DNA of 64,000 nucleotides from the NCBI GenBank assembly GCA_023334545.1, contig JAADVB010000083.1, positions 1 to 64,000 on the forward strand. The letters run 5' to 3'. This DNA is from Salisapilia sapeloensis CBS 127946 (Eukaryota; Protista; Oomycota). Made by a program: the position numbers and the translations under genes. The notes beneath the pieces are model-generated. The model saw only the letters and a program-made list of their open reading frames with translations, was not told the DNA's origin and made no database searches. How positions within the stretch are numbered: the stretch's first letter is position 1; every line of letters starts with the position of its first letter. Of this stretch, positions 56,101-64,000 are shown piece after piece.

Positions 56101-59100
56101 TATGAACTCGTGGAACGCAACCGGATGCAACGCATTGACGAACTCGTTGCTAGTTATCGATCCATTGGTCCTTTACTTATCAAAGTAGAAGAGCTTGTCG
56201 CTGGGGTGAACACAGGAACGAGTCCAAAGCTGGCGACGTATTACATGTATTGGGAGCGTCGGATCTTTAACGCGATAACGAGAATGATCATCGCATCAAT
56301 GATCACCTTCCAAGCTCTCTTAAATATCCATACGAAGGAACTAGCTGCGGTATCACCTGCAGCTGCTATTAAGAGACCACCCTTATGTAAGGTGCTCGCT
56401 ACGATGAATGGAAAAGATATTGTCGTCGCACCGACCTTGTCGGACATGTACAAGTATTTGAGCAAAGCAGTGAAGCATATCGTTGAGAGTGCCAAATCCT
56501 TCTTGCGTTGGATGCATGGTACGTGCCGTGAAGCCGAGCCGCTCCTTATTAGCGACGACGAAGAACCAGTGGTATACACCTTCTTCTCGGATATATCGCA
56601 GAATCCGTACATTATTAAGATCACCTTGTCACTTAATCAAGAGATCCACAAGGTGTTTAACATTGTGAATCGATACTTGGACAGTTGGCGACGATATGAC
56701 ACCGTCTACAACTTGTGGAATCCCAAGCGTCGAACAGCGCTGGAAAAGCTCGCCGATAAGAACCCACCTTGCGTCTACTTTGACACGCGTATGATGCAGT
56801 ACAGTCGTCTTGCAGAGTCTGTTCGCAATCAACCGACGGAGAAAGACACTGACTTTTTGCAGATCAACTGTCTCCCCGTCGCGCTTTCCATTGCAAAGCA
56901 AGCTGAGATCTGGAAAGACGATTACGGTATGATCTTGCACAATCTTTCGACGCAGCTCTTGAACAAAATTACTTCCAAAATGGATGAACTGACAGCCGAG
57001 CTGGAGGTCGTTCCGGATGATTTGGAGTCACTAAAAGGTGTTCTCAATACAGTCGCTCGTGTCAAGTCGATGAACATGAGCATCGAGCTCGAGTATACTG
57101 ATATCATCGAACGATATCGGACGCTCCGGATCTACAGCATTGAGGTGGAGGCAGAAGAAAGCGAGAGAGCTTTTGGTCTCGAGGCCCGATGGAAAGATCT
57201 GGTGATCATGGCCAAGACCAAAGACCTACGCCTTGTCAAGGTCAAAGATCAATTCCGTACAGTAACTCAAGACGATGCGTCTGCGTTTGCTGAAGAATGC
57301 AAAAGTATTAAAAAGGAGTTTCTTGATGCTGGACCTGGTACTTGTTCCCATGATTTAGATGCTGGTGTTGAAAAAGTAGCAGAGTACAAGAGCAAGATGG
57401 AAGAATATAAGAAACGAAAGCAAGAGCTTTCCAATGCAGAGAATCTATTTGCGCTACCAATCTCTTCCTATCCAGAGCTACAAGAGCTACATGATGCTCT
57501 CGATAAACAAGTGCTCATCTATACGCTATATTCAGAGCAAAAGGAGTTTATCGATCAACTTTCCAGCATGTTGTGGAGCGACTTGGATGTCGCGACAATG
57601 ACAAAAGGTATTGAGGACCTCGAGAAGAGATGCCGCAAATTCCCGAAAGACCTTCGGAGTATGTCTACTTTTACAGAAGTAGAAAAACAGATCATCGCTT
57701 TCAGGGAAAGCATTCCTCTCATCCAAAGTTTAAAGAATGATGCGATGAAACCAAGGCATTGGGATGAGCTCATGAGCGTCACGGGTGTCTCGTTCGAGAT
57801 GAATCTTAAGACTTTTACCCTCAACAACTTGTTTTCCATGAAGCTCCACCGTTTCGCTACTGAAATTGGAGAGATCGTAAATGCAGCGATGCAAGAGCAA
57901 AAGATAGACCAAGAGCTGCAAAAGATCGAAGATGCGTGGGCTAAAGCTTGTCTCGATGTCATCAAGTACCGCAAAAATGGTGTCGAGAGAGGGTTCGTAC
58001 TACGTGCTGCGGATGAGCTCAAACTAGCACTTGAAGACCACATGCTTAATCTGCAAACCATGTCCGGCTCTCGCTTCATCTCAAGTTTTGCAGACCGTGT
58101 ACGCAAGTGGGAGAAGACACTTGGTGTCGTGAACGAATGCATCGATATATGGTTCGTCGTCCAACGAAAATGGATGTACCTTGAGAGTATCTTTGTCGGC
58201 GCAGAAGATATTCGTCAACAGCTTCCGGAAGAAGCAAAGAAGTTTGACGCTATTGATAAAGCATGGAAGGCGATTATGACAACCACTTCCAAAAATGCCA
58301 ATGCGGTGGAGGCATGCACAGCCGAAAATCGCGTCGACACGCTGCATAACTTGTCCGAACGCTTGGACAAGTGTCAAAAGTCGCTCAGTGATTATCTAGA
58401 TACCAAACGTAACTCTTTCCCTCGCTTCTTCTTCATCTCGGATGATGAACTTCTAAGTGTACTTGGTTCGTCCGATCCGACGTCGATTCAAGTTCACATG
58501 CTGAAGCTGTTTGATAATGTTAAGGAGCTTGGTTTTGCTCGAAGCAATAAGCAAATATCGACGATGACAAGTGCTGAAGGAGAAGGCTTTCCATTCCGGA
58601 CACTTGCACCTGTCGAAGGTCCAGTGGAAACATGGATGACTGGTGTTGAAGACGAGATGCGGTTAACATTGCAACAAATTGCAAAGGAAGGAGTCTTTCA
58701 ATATGCTACCACTGCGCGTACACAATGGCTTGGAGAAGTTCTCGGTATGGTCGGGCTAGTTGGTAGTCAGATCTGGTGGACGTGGGAAGTGGAAGACGTG
58801 TTCCGTCGTGTTAAGAAAGGTGACAAGTATGCGATGAAAGCATTAGAGGTCAAGCTAACAACACAATTGAACGAGCTGGTGCGACGCGTACGAGAACCAC
58901 TCGATCGATTGACACGGAAGAAAGTGAATACGCTGCTTATCATTGACGTCCATGCGCGTGATATTGTCGACTCATTCGTTCGTGACAGTATTTTACACGA
59001 AAAAGAGTTCGCTTGGGAGTCTCAGCTACGTTTCTACTGGCAGAAAGATGTGGATGATGTTGTCATACGTCAATGCACTGGTACTTTCCGATATGGTTAC

Positions 59101-62100
59101 GAGTATATGGGTCTAAACGGTCGACTTGTGATCACACCTCTTACCGATAGATGCTACATGACACTCACACAAGCCTTGACCTTTAAGCTGGGAGGATCGC
59201 CTGCAGGTCCAGCTGGTACCGGAAAGACTGAGACTGTTAAGGATCTGGCGAAATCCCTCGCTCTGCCATGCTACGTCATCAACTGCGGCGAAGGTCTTGA
59301 CTACAAAGCAATGGGTAGCACGTTTTCTGGTCTCGTTCAAGTCGGCGCGTGGGGCTGCTTTGATGAGTTCAATCGCATTAACATTGAAGTGCTTTCCGTC
59401 GTGTCAGCTCAGCTGCGTGCGATTCAAAATGCGCTCAACTACGACAAACCTACGTGTGACATTGGCTTCGGTACAGAGATATCCATCCATCGGACAGCCG
59501 GATTCGCTACATGTGGCTTCTTTATTACAATGAACCCTGGATATGCTGGAAGAACTGAGCTACCAGATAATCTTAAGGCTCTCTTCCGACCTGTGACGAT
59601 GATCGTCCCGGACTTACTGCAAATCTGTCAGATCATGCTTTTTTCCGAAGGTTTCGAGCATGCGGTGGAGCTTGCAAAGAAGATGACTGTGTTGTACAAG
59701 CTATCAAAAGAACAGTTGTCAAAGCAATATCACTATGACTTCGGTCTTCGGGCACTCAAAAGTGTGCTCGTCATGGCTGGGTCACTTAAACGTGAGTATA
59801 GTGAGATGAGCGAAGGGCTGGTTCTGATGCGAGCTCTTCGAGATAGCAACATGCCGAAGTTTGTCTATGAGGATGTACCGTTGTTTAAGGGGCTGATCAA
59901 CGATCTCTTCCCAGGGTTGGACTGTCCTCGTGTGGGCTATGCAGAACTGAAGGATGCAATTGTTGGTGAACTTGAGGCAGGCGAATTCAACCCAGAGGAA
60001 GAGGCGGTGTACGCCAGTCAAGTCGACAAGGTGATCCAAATGTACGAGACCATGCTTGTGCGGCACACGACGATGATCGTCGGTCCGACGCAAGGAGGCA
60101 AGACCCTGGTACTGAATACGCTTGCCGCTGCATCGAAAGTAGCTTTAAACGAGATAGTCAAGATATTCGTCGTTAATCCTAAGGCACAACCAATTGCAGA
60201 GTTGTACGGTACGATGGATCCGGTCACGCGCGACTGGACGGACGGTGTTTTGTCTAAGCTTTTCCGGGAACTCAATCAACCTTTACCTACTGGACGTGAA
60301 AATGAAAAGCGGTGGCTCATTTATGACGGAGATGTGGATGCCGTTTGGGTAGAAAACATGAACAGTGTAATGGACGATAACAAGCTTCTTACTCTTCCAA
60401 ACGGTGAGCGTATCCGACTACAGCCCCATTGCTGCATGATTTGCGAGACCTTTGATTTGCAGTACGCGTCTCCTGCTACGATCAGTCGATGTGGCATGGT
60501 ATGGGTCGATCCGAAAGATCTGGGCTATCGTCCTTACTACGAAAGATGGCTTAAGAAAAAGTATCCTGTTCAACCTGCAGCTACCACAGCTGGGGATGTG
60601 GCTGAGGCTGCCATCGTTGGTGTCGCAGAGGACATTTCGCTTGAGCGAAAGCTACTGCTAGAGCTCTTTGACAAGTATGTTCCTCGATGCATTGATTTCA
60701 TCCTCGAGGGTATGCTTAGTCCAGACGTCGTGGTCACGAAATGCCAGCAAGTGATTCCAATCAGCAATATGGAAATGTGCAAGCAGCTCTGTAATTCCAT
60801 GGATGCTTTCTTGCCGACAGGAGAAGAGACAATGGACCCGACATCTGATCGTGTGGCGATAGAAGGTCTCTTTATCTTTGCAATGGTCTGGTCGCTCGGA
60901 GCTGCTCTCGTCGGCAATAGCAGACAGCGTTTCGATGAGTTTGTGAAAGATCTATCGGACTGCTCCTTGCCTACTGGCAGTCTTTATGACCACTTTTACG
61001 ACATTGAGAATAGAAAGTGGCAACCATGGCAATCGCGAGTAGCCGAGTACGTCGAACCTTCACCTTTCAACTTTTCCCACGTCTTCGTACCGACGACGGA
61101 CTCTGTCTTGTACAACTTTATCCTGTCTAGCTGCAGGAATACAGAGAAGCCTATTTTGTTTGTTGGTGAAAGCGGGACAGCTAAAACAGTGACTATCCAG
61201 AATTATCTACAAGAGCTAGATCCGCAGACGAATACGCAGCTGAATATGAACTTTTCTAGTCGAACGAGTAGTTGGGATGTTCAGGTAAACATCCAAGCGA
61301 ATGTTGACAAGAGATCAGGCAAGATCTACGGTCCACCTGCCGGAAAGAAGCTAATTATATTCATTGATGACTTGAACATGCCCAAGGTCGATTTGTATGG
61401 CACTCAGCAACCGATTGCACTATTACACTTTATCATGAGCCAAGGCGCAATGTATGATCGTGGTAAAGATTTGGACTTGCGTATCCTAAAGGATCTTGGC
61501 TTTATTGGCGCCATGGGTCCACCTGGGGGAGGAAGAAACAATGTCGATCCGCGGTTCGTGGCACAATTTAATGTGTACAACCTGACTCCACCAACGAGAC
61601 AAGTGTTGAGTCACATCTACGGATCGATTGTAACAACGTATCTACGTAACTTTCCAGAAGAGATCAGCAGCAAAGGTCAGAGCATGACCGAGTCGCTATT
61701 ACGTTTCTTCGAGTTTGTCTTGGAAAAGCTTCCACCCACACCATCCAAATTCCACTACATCTTCAATCTTCGTGACTTGGGACGCGTGTGTGAAGGTATC
61801 TGTATGGCAACACCTGATAAGTTCTCGTCTGGAGATGCGATGATTCGTCTTTGGCGAAATGAAATTAAGCGAGTCTTCACAGATCGACTCACAAGTGACG
61901 CTGATAATAGTTTCGTGGACTCAATGATCGGTCAAATTATAACGGAATCCTTCCCGACTGAAGCAGAACACGCACTCGAAGAACCAATTCTCTTTGGTGA
62001 CTTTGCCGAGTGCGTCGGTAGACTATCAGGTCAGAGCTCAGAAGACCCGAGACTTTATCAGGACATGGAGTCTTATACTCGCCTAAGAAGCATTTTCAAT

Positions 62101-64000
62101 GAAGTATTAGAAAACTACAACCTTGAGAACAAACCCATGACGCTCGTGCTATTTGAAATGGCGCTTGATCATGTAACGCGCATCCTACGAATCCTGCGCA
62201 ACCCACTCGGACATGCTCTTCTTATCGGTGTTGGAGGTAGTGGTAAACAAAGTCTATCTCGACTCGCAGCATTCACGGCTGGCTACGACTTGTTTGAAAT
62301 CTTCCTCTCGCGCGGATACAGTGAAAATGAGTTCCGAGAAGATTTAAAAGAACTGTACAAGAAACTTGGAAAAGGACCTGTTGTATTCCTCTTTACAGAT
62401 GCACATGCTGTCGAGGAAGGCTTCCTCGAGTTTATTAACAACATGCTTACCACGGGTATGGTGCCTGCTCTGTTTGAAGCAGACGAGCGAGATGCCATGT
62501 CTTCGACAGTAAGAAATGAAGTTCGAGCTGCCGGATTGTCCGAGACAAGTGAGAATTGTTGGAAGTTCTACCTCAATCGATGTCGACAGAATCTCCACGT
62601 CGTCTTGGCAATGTCACCTTCAGGCACGACATTACGCACTCGATGTCGAAACTTCCCAGGCCTCGTATCTGCAACTATCATCGACTGGTTCTTTGCCTGG
62701 CCGGAAGACGCGCTGAAAAGCGTCGCCGAGTACTTTTTAGCCGACGAAGCTATTCCAGAAATAAACCGGTCGCAAGTGATCCAGCACCTCGTGCACGTCC
62801 ACTTGCGTGTAGTGCATGTTGCCCATCAATTCGCTGAGGAACTCCGTCGCTTCTACTACGTTACACCGAAAAACTACTTGGACTTCATCTCTAACTACAG
62901 ACTGCAATTAAAAGAGCACAATCTGAAGGTTCGAGCGAGTATCACGAGACTGCAAGGAGGTTTACAAAAGCTGGTGGAAGCATCTGAAGCAGTCGATCGA
63001 ATGCAAGTAGAGCTATCAGAGAAGAAGATTGTGGTAGATGAAAAGACACTTGCATGTGAAGCACTTATTAAAACGATTGAAGAAAAATCGACGATCGCAA
63101 CGGAGCAACAAGCTTTTGCTGCGTCCAAACAAGTCGAATGCGAGAAAGCTTCTGTTGAAATTGCGAAAGAAAAAGAGGAAGCTGATGCGGCTCTACTAGA
63201 AGCTCTACCGGCCGTGGAAGCTGCTGCTGCTGCACTTCAGGATCTGTCGAAAGCAGATCTAACGGAACTCAAGTCCTTTGCATCACCTCCGCCGCTCGTC
63301 ATGTCTGTCTGCATGTGTGTACTCATCCTCAAGCCAACGGGTCAGGAACTAGACTTGGACTGGAAAGGTGCCAAGGTAATGCTTGGCAATGCAAGTCTTA
63401 TCACACTCTTGAAAGAGTATGAAAAAGATAAGATTACTGCCAAGATGATTACCAAGATCAAGACGTTCTTCAAGAACCCAGACTTGAACGTCGATAACAT
63501 GAAATCTATTTCGAAAGCTGGAGCTGGACTGCTCACATGGGTGCTTGCCATCACCAAGTACCATGAAGTCGCAAAGAATGTCGAGCCGTTGCGACAGAAA
63601 GTAAAGTCCATGGAGAAGGAGCAAGCAGTGAAAGAACGCGAGTTGGAAGAACTCCGAGACACGTTGCAACGTTTACAAAAGGATTTAGATGAATTGTCGG
63701 CTCAATTCCAGGAGGCGAATACAGAACTACAGAACCTCAAGTCGCAAGCAGATCAGATGCAGAAGCGTCTCCAAGCTGCAAGTAAGCTACTAGCAGGCCT
63801 TGGGTCGGAACAGACTCGTTGGACGAAAGATGTTGACGTTTTGCATTTGCAAAAGGAAAGACTGATTGGAGACTGTCTGCTCACTGCGAGTTTCTTGAGT
63901 TATGCCGGTGCCTTTAGCTTTGACTATCGATCAGAATTGATTTACACGGATTTCATTAATGACATCACGGCCAGAGAACTTCCTGTAACGACACCATTTA
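53125..64000 (+). CDS. DNAH10: Axonemal dynein heavy chain, inner-arm I1/f alpha type (DNAH10-like); continues beyond the window
   Basis: Exons 53125-53247 (MDEGTRAWLRQ), 53306-53423 and 53501->64000. P-loops all in one frame: AAA1 GPAGTGKTET (59206), AAA2 GPTQGGKT (60082), AAA3 GESGTAKT (61165), AAA4 GVGGSGKQS (62227), followed by the stalk coiled coil/MTBD. The AAA2 and AAA3 variants resemble DNAH10. Absent from the ORF track because it has no stop in the window. Confidence 0.93.

Noticed and set aside
54952-63669. Many minus-strand ORFs in the last 10 kb of the ORF track
   Set aside because: All lie antisense to the dynein heavy chain exon, which is the real gene but is missing from the track.

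Overview
Very gene-dense eukaryotic genomic DNA, most likely from a flagellated oomycete or related stramenopile. This is inferred from gene content, short GT-AG introns with CTAAC-like branch points and an axonemal dynein; the species cannot be determined from the sequence. About 33 protein-coding genes occupy nearly the whole window. Introns I could delimit are about 40-77 nt, and many intergenic gaps are only 25-170 bp. Recognisable genes: threonine synthase (partial), centractin ARP1, a Spinster-like MFS transporter, GH18 di-N-acetylchitobiase, HIRA, SANBR/KIAA1841-like protein, Hsp33, VPS4, GMP synthase, AcpS-type PPTase, class II HMG-CoA reductase, a HECT-like giant protein, a cNMP-binding protein, PIG-W, RWDD1, a BTB protein, AP-3 sigma, an importin-beta family protein, NSUN5, a Vps39/TGFBRAP1-family protein, and the 5' part of a DNAH10-like dynein heavy chain running off the right edge (missing from the supplied ORF track). 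I found no mobile element, CRISPR array, rRNA or convincing tRNA. Most interesting: (1) a soluble bacterial-type class II HMG-CoA reductase fused to a degenerate isoprenyl-diphosphate-synthase-like domain; (2) a membrane-anchored HNH/toxin-like Zn-nuclease head-to-head with a cNMP-sensor gene, 35 bp between ATGs; (3) a HECT-like protein whose catalytic Cys appears lost; (4) a spliced 66-aa secreted Tyr/Pro-rich peptide not visible in the ORF track; (5) a nuclear protein with bromo-like, AP2-like and RAMA-like segments; (6) a dually acylated PH-fold protein. All domain assignments are by-eye motif recognition, not database results.
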